Assembly: GCA_024626585.2 (NCBI GenBank)
Contig: JANKJI020000002.1
Coordinates: forward strand, 77,333,679-77,352,595
DNA length: 18,917 nt
Origin: Ginkgo biloba
Taxonomy: Eukaryota; Plantae; Ginkgophyta
Reading direction: 5' to 3'
Below are positions 1-10,419 of the stretch, in pieces; the stretch's first letter is position 1; every line of letters starts with the position of its first letter. The translations under genes and the position numbers were made by a program. The notes below the pieces were generated by a model. It was not told the DNA's origin and made no database searches. It saw nothing but the letters and a program-made list of their open reading frames with translations.

Positions 1-1910
1 GGGCTTTGCATGTCCTTTGTCCAAGAGTTTCTTCGAGTTGCTTCTTTGTTTTATCATTCTCCAAGATTGAACTCCTATAGAGAGGTAAAATTGGGAGTAC
101 TACTCCTTGCTACAAATTAATGCTATGTTCAATAGTTCTCTTAGGAGGTATTCATTTGGATTCTTGGAATATATTAGCATACCTTTGAAGCATGCTTTTG
201 ATCTATCTTTTCTGCGCTACATTTTGGGCAACTAAATATGTACCATCCTCATTTGTTGCATGGACCTCTTTGGGTCTTAAGATTAGCAAAAGAAACATCC
301 TAGAAGCATTCACTAATTGCTTAACTTGGGCCACAGTGATTAAGGAGATCAGCTCTTGCCTGATTTTGGGTTTAATTATGTAGACTTGAACTCCCTAACA
401 AATTTGTACTAGTTAGGTCATCTTCTGAATTTTGCATCTTGGTCCTATGAGTAGGGGTTGCCAAAGATAACTCCACATACATCCAAAGGCACTACATCAC
501 ATTCTATTTCATCAATGAAATCCTTAGTAATGGCAAACTTGAGCTTGTACCGCTTATTTATTGTGTGCTCTGCATCTTTGCTCAACCCTCCTAAGGCATA
601 GGGTGATGGATGTTTAGTTGTGGGTAGGTTGAATTACTATTGTGTCTAAAATTAGATTCCTTTAACTACCAGAATTGACTAATAGTAGCTAAGGACTTCT
701 TGATCTGAATTTTGATAACAAAGAGTTGTTCCCTTTGGATTGATCTATTTGCTCTTATGCCACTAGTGTCACCAGTTGATTGGCATCTTTAGGAGTCTCT
801 ACCTCTTTATCCTTGGCTTAAGTATGCATGTTCTTAGGCATCTTCTCTAGGTGCAATATCCAACAATTACCCCTTTTNNNNNNNNNNNNNNNNNATGTTC
901 AGTGCTTGTACTCTATATACCAAGGCTTATAGACTTTATATCTCTTTTGTCCAGGAGCTTGTTGAGCTACTTTGTTAATTTCCTTTCCTTTCAAATTCTT
1001 AGGTTGAATGGTAGTGACTTTCCACTTACCCTTAGCTTGAACAATCTTGGCTTTATGGTAGGCCTCATTAAGAGTCCTTACCTTGAACATTTCTAACTCC
1101 TTTTGGATAGTTGTATGTAGTCCACCTATGAGTTTTAATACCAAATGGTCTTCATCATTTGCAACCTTCAACCTAGCGGTGAACTTGTTGATCTCCTCAA
1201 TGTAGGCATCAACACTTTTGCTAGCTTTTTGCTCGAGGTATTGCTAATGAATTTGTTGTTCCCTCGTGTACCCAATTGGTAAAAATTTCTTCTTAATCAA
1301 TTGTTTCAATTCTTCCCTTATGGTGATGGACAGTCTTCCTTGCTGCTATTGTCTTTTGCAAAAACTTTACCATCATAGCAAGGCTTGTCTTCTCATTTCT
1401 AGCTTACCAAAAGCTACTTTTTGAGGGTTGGTGTTTGTTGGACAACAAAGTAGGCCTTCAACTGTCTTAACCTGTCATCCAATTTTTCGACATCCAATTT
1501 CTCGTTATATGCCAAGATTTCCACCTTAAAAGTGGTGTTTAATGTTTGAATTAGAAGTTAGAGTTCTGAGAGGAGTAACAACAATGTTATTGATGGTAGT
1601 AGCACTACTTACCACACTACTACTACTTATAGGAGTCTTAATTGTGGAGGGTTTAGAGACTAAGCTTTGTATGATTTGCAAGAGTTAGAACATTTTGTTA
1701 TCCATGCTTAACCTCAAATAATCTATGTTTTTCTCTACACGTACAACCATCTTCATTGTCATCTTCATATGTAGGCCTTTCTAGCCACTCCCTCTTATCT
1801 CCTCTTGATATATTGCTAGATTACACTACTTCTTAAGTTGATTGAAATTGCCTAGATCTGTGGGAATAGTCGATTGATCATTTATTCTCCACATAGTTGT
1901 GGTCATATAT
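1..1910 (-). mobile_element. Degenerate Ty3/gypsy LTR retrotransposon internal region (gag, zinc-knuckle remnant, aspartic protease region)
   Basis: Minus-strand translation with stops and frameshifts: FKVEILAYNEKLDVEKLDDRLRQLKAYF (~1533-1450); KVAFGKLEMRRQALL*W...EELKQLIKKKFLPIGY...SVDAYIEEINKF...LKLIGGLHTTIQKEL (retrotransposon gag, includes track ORF 899..1171); NCWILH (~870); KHPSPYALG...KLKFAITKDFIDEIECDVVPLDVCGVIFGNPY (~615-450, protease region); LITVAQVKQLVNASR (~340-300). Confidence 0.88.
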
Positions 1911-2033
1911 GTGTGTGTGGNNNNNNNNNNNNNNNNNNNNNNNNNNNNNNNNNNNNNNNNNNNNNNNNNNNNNNNNNNNNNNNNNNNNNNNNNNNNNNNN
2001 NNNNNNNNNNNNNNNNNNNNGGGACGTTTGACA

Positions 2034-2202
2034 CTTTCTAAAGACCGGGACTAGCCGTCATTAGGACAACATGCAACCCATTCGTAGACATTGTAGATGC
2101 ACTAGGATGTGTTCTCTTAGGTACAAGAGAGGCGACTCTAGTGGTAGGAGGGGCAAACTTATTACTAGTTTCTTTGATTCGAACAAAGGAGCTTCAACCT
2201 TG

Positions 2203-2251
<49 letters not shown>

Positions 2252-2640
2252 AACTGTAGAGTAAATCATTAGACAAACTTTGAACGATTTTATTTGAGTG
2301 GAGGACTCTTAGATCAAGCATCACACATCACAAGAGTGTTAGGTTTTTTGTGCTTTAGATACACTCCCTAAACGGACCTTTTATATCTAAACATGAGCTT
2401 ATAAGGGCCCTTCTTCTAGAAGCACCATTGAGGTTGTTACTAGATGTACACTCTATTTGTGGTTTGTTTATGTAAAATCTTTTCTAGAGAGCTTTTATTT
2501 CCCTCTTTCTTTGTTGGGTCTTATATTTAGCTTTGGAGAGGCTATGGGCTCTTGATTTTTAACATGTGTGCACATTATGATAGGCCCATTGGCCACTAGT
2601 GGACTTATATACATTTTCATTTCATTTCATTTCTGTGACA
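2034..2640 (-). mobile_element. Probable 5' LTR of the minus-strand gypsy element
   Basis: The minus strand begins TGTCACAGAA at 2640 and has TATAAAAGG at 2385-2377. It lies directly upstream of gag. The LTR 3' end and PBS are not visible (gap 1921-2020) and there is no second LTR to compare. Confidence 0.45.
2206..2249. repeat. (GA)22 microsatellite
   Basis: Perfect GA dinucleotide run read directly. Confidence 0.98.
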
Positions 2641-4260
2641 AGCTTTACACTAATCGGCAATTAATTGATATAACAAAGATCAGATTGACTTCAGAAGATG
2701 GTGGCAATCATTTGTAACTCAACTCAACATCATACATACATTAGTGGTTCCCTTTTAGGTTACAAGGAATGGCAGTACCAATAATGATTTGTGTCTTCAA
2801 CATTGCATGCCCTCTTTTTATTTGCAAGCATCTTTGTAGAGTATTAGTGATGAGCAAATGGTTTTTCAAATCAGTTGTGCGACATCTCTATCACTGCACA
2901 CAATGTTTATTGATCTAAACTCTATATTAGACACATCATTCGAGGATCCCTTCTATATAGGCCACATGAACCTCCTTGGCCTTCTGCAGTGGAATTTGTT
3001 TGCCATGTATTGTCTAACACAAATCTTTGTCATCCATGGTTTCTAGTAGAGCTATTCATATATGAAGATGAATAGTTCAAGGTCTTGGGTCAATGGGTGA
3101 CCCTGTTCCGATACACACCTAATGTTGCTAGGAGATATGGATGACATTCTAATTGATCCTCAACCAAGTGTGACATCTTAGCAGCAACAAATGATGGATC
3201 ATTGAGAACATGACGACCGGGTGGCAGTTATACGTACAACACCACAATAGTTCTTGGTGGGTAGTATTTGGCAGGCATTAGCTTCATGGCAATACTTCAA
3301 GACCAAGCAATTTTAGGCAGTCAGGGTATGGGAGGGACCCTTTTTCTATTTCATTGATATTCTGGTTAACTTGGCTTGGGTAACCCAAGAAATCCTTTTA
3401 TCCAAGGCTAATTTTGAGAGATGTCACATGTCCCCATATAAATAAGCTCCCACGGATATTTTGTAACATCATTCTGGGTTCGGATTTNNNNNNNNNNNNN
3501 NNNNNNNNNNNNNNNNNNNNNNNNNNNNNTTGAGGATGTGAACCCTAGACTTGAAATTGCATTGTTTCTTTTGAATTTGTATATGTTATTTTATTATTTC
3601 TGAATAAATCATTGAAGGTATGTTCCATTGTGTATCCTTAAAAGGCTTAAAGGGATAACCATGACTAGGAGTTGTACAATTATTGGAAAGGAAGATTGTT
3701 ATTTTTCTATCTTAAGTTGTTTATATTTAGTTTTTGCTAGGAGAACCATACAAAGCTTTTTGTCTATATGTGGCTGATTGTACGCTCATCCCCTCAATTA
3801 TTGATTATGTTTAGCTTAAAAGTGAAATCCAGGTTGTGAAATTGAATCATGAGGTCAAAAGTGTTTAGTTTACTCCTTTTTGGGCAGAGAGTCTTTATTA
3901 CTAAGATTTCTTTGTTGCATTTTATTTTATTTGTTGGAGGTTGAGGCAACAACTGGGACTGACAGCCAATAAGCCAGTATTTTGCTTGGGAATTTTGTTC
4001 AATAAGTGCCTCCCTTTTGGGATTCAAGCCTCCAACATGGTCAAAATCAACTACTATAACCACTAAGCTACCTTTGGTGATTAAGTGGCTCCATAGAATG
4101 ATTTTGCAGTAGGCTCTTCTTGTCATTAGTATTGCAATATCCATCATTCACAATAAATGCATTTTACTGTTTCACATAATCTTATTTCCCTTTATTTATT
4201 TTTTAATTAGTTGGAAGTGGCATTTCTTTCACTAATATGGATCTTGCTTGCCGATGACAG

Positions 4261-4407
4261 GAAGCTCTGAAACGGCGGTTGCATGCAAGGATAGAGTATG
4301 CAAAATTCTTACAGGATACAGTCAAAGAAATGGCCAAAGAAATAAAAACATCACGTAGTGGAGAACTCAAGCAAACCGCTGAAGATCTCGATGAATTTAT
4401 GAATAAG
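4261..4407 (+). CDS. LETM1: LETM1-family mitochondrial inner-membrane protein, internal exon (EALKRRLHARIEYAKFLQDTVKEMAKEIKTSRSGELKQTAEDLDEFMNK)
   Basis: Manual translation resembles plant LETM1 as recalled (ARIEYAKFLQ.T..EMAKE...SR.GE.KQTAEDLDEF). Flanked by acceptor gacag (4256-4260) and donor gtaga (4408). 147 nt, phase 0 to 0. Confidence 0.95.
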
Positions 4408-4579
4408 GTAGAACTCTGAGCTTCTTTGGAGAAGATGTTGCATTTTATAGAATCCGTGGCCTTTTGATCTTGTATGGAGATGATGATCTATCATCTGTGT
4501 GTAGTTTTGATGAAACAGTATGGTCTGTAATGTCGTTTTGATTATATCCAAGGGAACTCCTTTCTGAATGTTGAAACAG

Positions 4580-4668
4580 GTGCGGACTGGAGCAAAGGTA
4601 TCCAATGAAGAAATATTGGGCTTTGCAAAGCTATTCAATGACGAGTTAACTTTGGACAACATCAGCAG
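4580..4668 (+). CDS. LETM1: LETM1 internal exon (VRTGAKVSNEEILGFAKLFNDELTLDNIS/R)
   Basis: Acceptor aacag ending at 4579 and donor gtggtg at 4669. In frame with the previous exon. Contains the LETM1-domain motif FAKLFNDELTLDN. 89 nt, ends in phase 2. Confidence 0.95.
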
Positions 4669-4856
4669 GTGGTGATTGTCTTACTTGGATATCCATTTTT
4701 GGCTGTTTCTTTTTGGTGTGCAAACATAATTGCCTGAGCTTGACATAATTTGCACTCCCTTGAGAAGGCTCTGCTTTGTTGCAGAAAAAAACTCAAGGTA
4801 ATGGGTTGCTATATAAGTATTATCTTACTCTGTTTTTTAATCTGATGCCATTGCAG

Positions 4857-4949
4857 ACCAAGGCTAGTGAACATGTGTAAATACATGGGAATCCAACCAT
4901 ATGGAACTGATGCATATCTGCGATATATGTTACGATCCAAGCTGGCCCG
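4857..4949 (+). CDS. LETM1: LETM1 internal exon (R/PRLVNMCKYMGIQPYGTDAYLRYMLRSKLA/R)
   Basis: Acceptor ttgcag ending at 4856 and donor gtaatt at 4950. Phase 2 to 2, joining AG|A to Arg. Contains the conserved RPRLV.MCKYMGI.PYGTDAYLRYMLR motif. Confidence 0.95.
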
Positions 4950-6581
4950 GTAATTCCTTTTTTATTCCTTGTGAAATTGTTCTACATAAAGTTCCAATGA
5001 CTGGCAAATCTATATCACAGAAAACCTCTTATTTGTTTTTCCTTTTCGGAAGTGACCTTGGTTGTTGAAGTACTGACAGATCCATTTATCCCTTTTGGTC
5101 TAGGGTGGGTTTTTTTAGTGTACCTTCCCAAAGGAAGGGATATTGGATTCATGTATTTCGAATTACCTATCTCAATAGCATATCACTAATCATCAACCTG
5201 TCTCTTATTTCGTTCTTGATCTTTATGTTTAGACTTTGTGTTAAAAGAGGGAAAGGTCTTGGTTAGAAATGCGTCTTCCCAAGCTGCAACAATTGAAAAC
5301 AACAACTGACACAAAGCCGTTATCATTCGAGGTAGACAATAATAAAAGATCTCTCACATCTCTATATACACTGGTAAGTTGAAGTGAATCCTAGGCATTG
5401 GAGAAAGTTGAGAATAGTAAGCAGGGCTATTTAAAGAACTGGTGAGGAAAGCATACGTTACATAATTGCATGCAACTAAGTTGATTGTGAAGGAGCAAGA
5501 GTAAAAATCAAACCGTTTCATGGCAAAAACATAACAAAGAGGGCATTGCAAATCAACAAAGTTCTGTTTTGGCATGCTTCATAAAAGAGTTATTTTCCTT
5601 CACATCTAATTACATATATTTANNNNNNNNNNNNNNNNNNNNNNNNNNNNNNNNNNNNNNNNNNNNNNNNNNNNNNNNNNNNNNNNNNNNNNNNNNNNNN
5701 NNNNNNNNNNNNNNNNNNNNNNNNNNNNNNNNNNNNNNNNNNNNNNNNNNNNNNNNNNNNNNNNNNNNNNNNNNNNNNNNNNNNNNNNNNNNNNNNNNNN
5801 NNNNNNNNNNNNNNNNNNNNNNNNNNNNNNNNNNNNNNNNNNNNNNNNNNNNNNNNNNNNNNNNNNNNNNNNNNNNNNNNNNNNNNNNNNNNNNNNNNNN
5901 NNNNNNNNNNNNNNNNNNNNNNNNNNNNNNNNNNNNNNNNNNNNNNNNNNNNNNNNNNNNNNNNNNNNNNNNNNNNNNNNNNNNNNNNNNNNNNNNNNNN
6001 NNNNNNNNNNNNNNNNNNNNNNNNNNNNNNNNNNNNNNNNNNNNNNNNNNNNNNNNNNNNNNNNNNNNNNNNNNNNNNNNNNNNNNNNNNNNNNNNNNNN
6101 NNNNNNNNNNNNNNNNNNNNNNNNNNNNNNNNNNNNNNNNNNNNNNNNNNNNNNNNNNNNNNNNNNNNNNNNNNNNNNNNNNNNNNNNNNNNNNNNNNNN
6201 NNNNNNNNNNNNNNNNNNNNNNNNNNNNNNNNNNNNNNNNNNNNNNNNNNNNNNNNNNNNNNNNNNNNNNNNNNNNNNNNNNNNNNNNNNNNNNNNNNNN
6301 NNNNNNNNNNNNNNNNNNNNNNNNNNNNNNNNNNNNNNNNNNNNNNNNNNNNNNNNNNNNNNNNNNNNNNNNNNNNNNNNNNNNNNNNNNNNNNNNNNNN
6401 NNNNTTGTTTGACCCATAAGATGATGTGAAAATTCAGCTCATTTGAACAGACTGCTTGGAGCAACCCTTAATGGTTGGCTCCTTGAAAGCTTGAAGAATT
6501 ATTGGATCGAAACAATATATGAAATGGTTGATATTAATGATGGTTACGGCGTGAGCCAGAATGTTGCTTTATATATGATGA

Positions 6582-6687
6582 TAACCCTAAAGGGTACTTC
6601 AAGAGGCACCTTTTCATTAGTTGTTAACTTATGACTCTAACCCCAAAGGGTACCTCAAGAGGCACCTCTTCTTTAATTGTTAACATA
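6582..6687. repeat. Tandem duplication, ~56-bp period, 2 copies
   Basis: taaccctaaagggtacttcaagaggcaccttttcattagttgttaactta (6582) versus taaccccaaagggtacctcaagaggcacctcttctttaattgttaacata (6638). Confidence 0.9.
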
Positions 6688-6811
6688 TACCTCTTCATCT
6701 AAATTAACTTCCCATCCATTTGTTATCTTGTGTAGCTTGTTTAACTGATAATTAGGTCTATTACATGGCATCTCTCCTTGAGATGCCTTGTCCTCTAAGC
6801 ATAGCACAAAG

Positions 6812-6933
6812 AGATGTTTTCTCATGCAATCAACATGATATCATAGTTATCATTACTCCTTATATATTGAATTATCAATAAACAGATGCTTTCTCGTGCA
6901 ATCAACATGATATCATAATTATCACTAGTCCTT
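6812..6933. repeat. Tandem duplication, 72-bp period, 2 copies of a ~50-bp unit
   Basis: agatgttttctcatgcaatcaacatgatatcatagttatcattactcctt (6812) versus agatgctttctcgtgcaatcaacatgatatcataattatcactagtcctt (6884). Confidence 0.9.
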
Positions 6934-8876
6934 TACCCGAGGAAAATTATTTCCACGAGTATAATTTTGTTCTATCTTTGGTTCCATTTTGTTTTCATTT
7001 CCATCTTTCATTTTTGTCCAATTTCTATTTTCTATTCTTGTGTTGTTTTTATCTTCTATTTCGTTTGGTCAGTTGTTTCATTTTGATCTTACGTTTCCAT
7101 TCCATTTCCATTTTTCGTTTTGTTCAGTTAGTCATTTCGTTTCCATCTTTCGTTCTTGTCCCATTTTCATTTTTTGTTTCCGTCTTATTTCTATGTTCTA
7201 TTTCATGCGGTCAGTCATTCTGTTTTCATCTTCTGTTCTTGTCCCATTTTCGTTTTCCTTTCCAGTCCAACTTTCACTTTTTGTTTTGTTCTTCCGTTTT
7301 CGTTCTGTTGTATTCCGTTTTGTTCCATTTTGCTATTCTTGTTCTAATTCCATTCCTCTGTTCCGTTTGGAGTGTTTCATTCTTCTATTCCCGTTTTATT
7401 CCTTTGTTCCATTTGGTGCATTTTGTTCTTTTGTTCCTATTCCATTCTATTTTGTTGTTCCCATTTCCATTTCGTTCCTTTGTTTCGTTCGANNNNNNNN
7501 NNNNNNNNNNNNNNNNNNNNNNNNNNNATAATTTGAAGGGGGGGAGGGAGGCTATTGGACATGGGTTAAAGCTATTTTTAATGTATCATGTATTATTATT
7601 ATTATGTAATTTGAAGGGGGTGGATATGGTTTAAAGCTAATTTTAATATATTAATGGTAGAGGGTATTTTCAATATATTTTGTATTATTATGGGGGCCAA
7701 CAATCGGACATGTGTATTGTTATAATGTAATTAGAGGGGGGTTGATATGGTTTAAAGCTAATTTTANNNNNNNNNNNNNNNNNNNNNNNNNNNNNNNNNN
7801 NNNNNNNNNNNNNNNNNNNNNNNNNNNTGTTTCGTTTAGTCAGTCGTTCTGTTCCCATTTCTTTTCCATCTTCCATTTTTGTGCCATTTCCATTTTTCGC
7901 TTTCGTCCTATTTCTATCTTCCATTTTGTTCGATCAATTGTTCCATTTTCATTTTTGTTTTGGTCCAATTTCCATTTTTTTGTTCCGTTCTTCCATTTCC
8001 ATTCCATTCTGTTATGTCCTTCCTATTTAGTTCCTTCGTTCTTTCGTTTCCATTCCATTCTTTAGTCCTTACCTGTGGCAAATAATTATCATGGGAATAC
8101 CTTTGTTCTATCATTTATTCCGTCCCGTTTTTATTTTTATCTTCTATTTCTGTCCTATTTTCATTTTATGTTCTCGTCCTGTATCCATCTTTCGTTTCCA
8201 TCCCATTTTCATTTTTTGTTTTTTTTTGTTAGTTGTTCCATTCTCGTTTCATTTCCATTTTTCATTCCCGTCCCATTTTCATATTTTTTTCCTATCTTAT
8301 TTCCATCTTTTGTTTCATTTTCTTAGTCATTCTATTTTCACCTTCTATTCTTGTCTCATTTTCATTTTCATTTCTAGGCCAATTTTTATTTTTTGCTCCA
8401 CTCATTTATTTTTGTTCAGTTCTATTATGTTTTATTTCATTCAGTTATTATTGTTCCCATTATGTTTCTTCGTTCCGTTTGGAGCGTTTCATTCTTCTAT
8501 TCCTGTTTTATTCCTTAGTTCCATTTGGCACATTCTATTTTTCTATTAGTGTTCTGTTTTCTTTTGCCATTCCCATTCCCATTCCTATTCCGTTCCTCTA
8601 TTTCATTTAGCACATTCGACCATTGTTTTAGATGTATTATTATATAATTTGAAGGGGGAGAGGGAAGGTGATTGGATATGGATAAAAGTAATTTTAATAT
8701 ATCATGTGTTATTATTATGTAATTTGAAGGGGGTAGATATGGTTTAAAGCTAATTTTTATATATTAATGGTAGAGGGCATTTTGAATATATTATGTATTA
8801 TTATAGAATGTAGGGGACAACATGTGTATTATTATTATATAATTAAAGGGGATTGGATATGTTTTAAAACTAATGA
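6925..8876 (-). mobile_element. Probable non-autonomous Helitron, at least two tandem copies, with a T/C-rich low-complexity interior
   Basis: The minus strand ends TACTCGTGGAAATAATTTTCCTCGGGTA-AAGGA-CTAG|T (hairpin 6961-6934, CTAG 6928-6925). A degenerate second copy of this end lies at ~8062-8100. Blocks ~7360-7490 match ~8470-8620, and 7528-7766 match ~8645-8876. Confidence 0.65.
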
Positions 8877-10175
8877 NNNNNNNNNNNNNNNNNNNNNNNN
8901 NNNNNNNNNNNNNNNNNNNNNNNNNNNNNNNNNNNNNNNNNNNNNNNNNNNNNNNNNNNNNNNNNNNNNNNNNNNNGATAGTGCCCCAGAGCCTAGACTA
9001 TGGATCTGCTAGTGAGAGCAATAGATCCACCATTTTTGGCTCGTAGAGACTGTTTATGCCCTAACCTTTACTGTTACACTCCCAATAGTAAGCACCTCAA
9101 AGCAATGAAGCTTCTCTACCAATTCTTGATGATGATTTTTGCGAATAGAGGCCTCCTTTTTAGGGTGGGGGTTTGTACTTGTCCACCAAAAATAGGCTTT
9201 AGCAAGTGGAGTGGATTTCGTGAGTTCCCTTTGTTGGGCGAGTTACTCTCATTATTTCCAATAATGGCATTTTACTAAAATGGAAACATACAATTAGTTG
9301 TGCAATATTAACTAATTGTAACTCAAGTAGATATGCCACCATTTTAGTTAAAGGAGGTGAGGATAAATATGGATTTAATTTGCAAACAATCGTATTTTTT
9401 CACATTTTTGACTAGGATTAGAGAGGGGTGTCACCATGGTTTAGTGTTAGGTTAATTTATGGACGATGTGAGGGCTTTAAGCTAATCGTTTCAAATGACC
9501 ATGGTGCCCCCAAGTACTGGGTGAAAATTTGGGTCTTAATAAAATGCCAGTGAAGAATGAGGGCATGAGAGAATCAAATGCCAAAATGGTTTGGTCTTTA
9601 TACCAAACATTGAGTTCGAGTTTTGATATCGTGTAGACCTAAAAGTCGAATTTGCCCTTACCATATGGGCAACTGGCTCATGGAGTAAGAACGTTGCGCA
9701 ATTAAAGAATATTGGTACGACCCTAATGATATCACACTTTGAGAAAAAGTTTATTGAACACAAAGTCTTAGCCGATGTCCTTTGGATGCTTGGATAGCTT
9801 GGCTTAGACGACTGAATGACTAGTGTTGGATTACTTAATAGAACTGTTGAACAACCAGATGGGTTGTTCCATATGGCTAGTTCTAAACGACCTAGTCTAG
9901 ACAACCAATAACTAGACTAAAAAATAGTGCCAGACGACCCATTCTAGACAATAGTGTGGGGTAGCCAGACAACCTTTTTTAGACAACAATGTCTTGCAAC
10001 CTGTTATCACCTGGGATTGCAATCTTGTCAACGGCTAATTTTCAAGCAATAACTCTTAGTATGGTGGCTCTGTCACNNNNNNNNNNNNNNNNNNNNNNNN
10101 NNNNNNNNNNNNNNNNNNNNNNNNNNNNNNNNNNNNNNNNNNNNNNNNNNNNNNNNNNNNNNNNNNNNNNNNNNN

Positions 10176-10419
10176 NGCATAGCCCTCTTCATTTTCAGAA
10201 ATATCATCTATAAATATGTTATTGCACATCCCATTCTTATTCAACTAATCTTCATCATCCTTGAACTCCTCAGAGTGTTCCTCATCCATTTGGAAGGGTT
10301 TGATTTGCTAGGAGCTCGGGCATGGATCGTAGTGATGTATCCTTAATTATCAAATGGTCGACTAATAGTTTGCGAACTGAGGTCATCTTTAGAGTTGAGG
10401 AATGCATTAAATCCCAACA
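10176..10419 (+). mobile_element. Probable LTR fragment (3' half)
   Basis: TATA-like ctataaata at ~10208-10216, followed by pyrimidine-rich sequence and a terminus ...aaatcccaaCA at 10419. The 5' part is hidden in a gap. Confidence 0.4.

Noticed and set aside
2061-2324. ORFs with SLSLSL or ERERER runs
   Set aside because: These are translations of the (GA)22 microsatellite.
3300-3487. LTR-like segment with tataaata at 3437-3444
   Set aside because: No termini, PBS, PPT or partner LTR visible, and it is cut by a gap.
4351-4662. Minus-strand 103-aa ORF, and likewise 14611..15027
   Set aside because: Antisense shadows of LETM1 exons with no recognisable motifs.
5569-6464. Long ORFs of 265-286 aa
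   Set aside because: They consist almost entirely of the N gap 5623-6404.
6978-8610. Many overlapping Phe/Ser/Leu-rich ORFs that look like membrane proteins
   Set aside because: They are by-products of T/C-rich low-complexity repeat DNA that lacks stop codons in several frames at once.
7528-8876. Spaced repeats that might be taken for a CRISPR array
   Set aside because: Eukaryotic intron context, degenerate repeats, no unique regular spacers and no cas genes.
9265-9549. 14-bp inverted repeat (tggcattttactaa / ttaataaaatgcca) suggesting a ~285-bp MITE
   Set aside because: 13/14 match in AT-rich DNA with no target-site duplication in the flanks; not supportable without a copy search.
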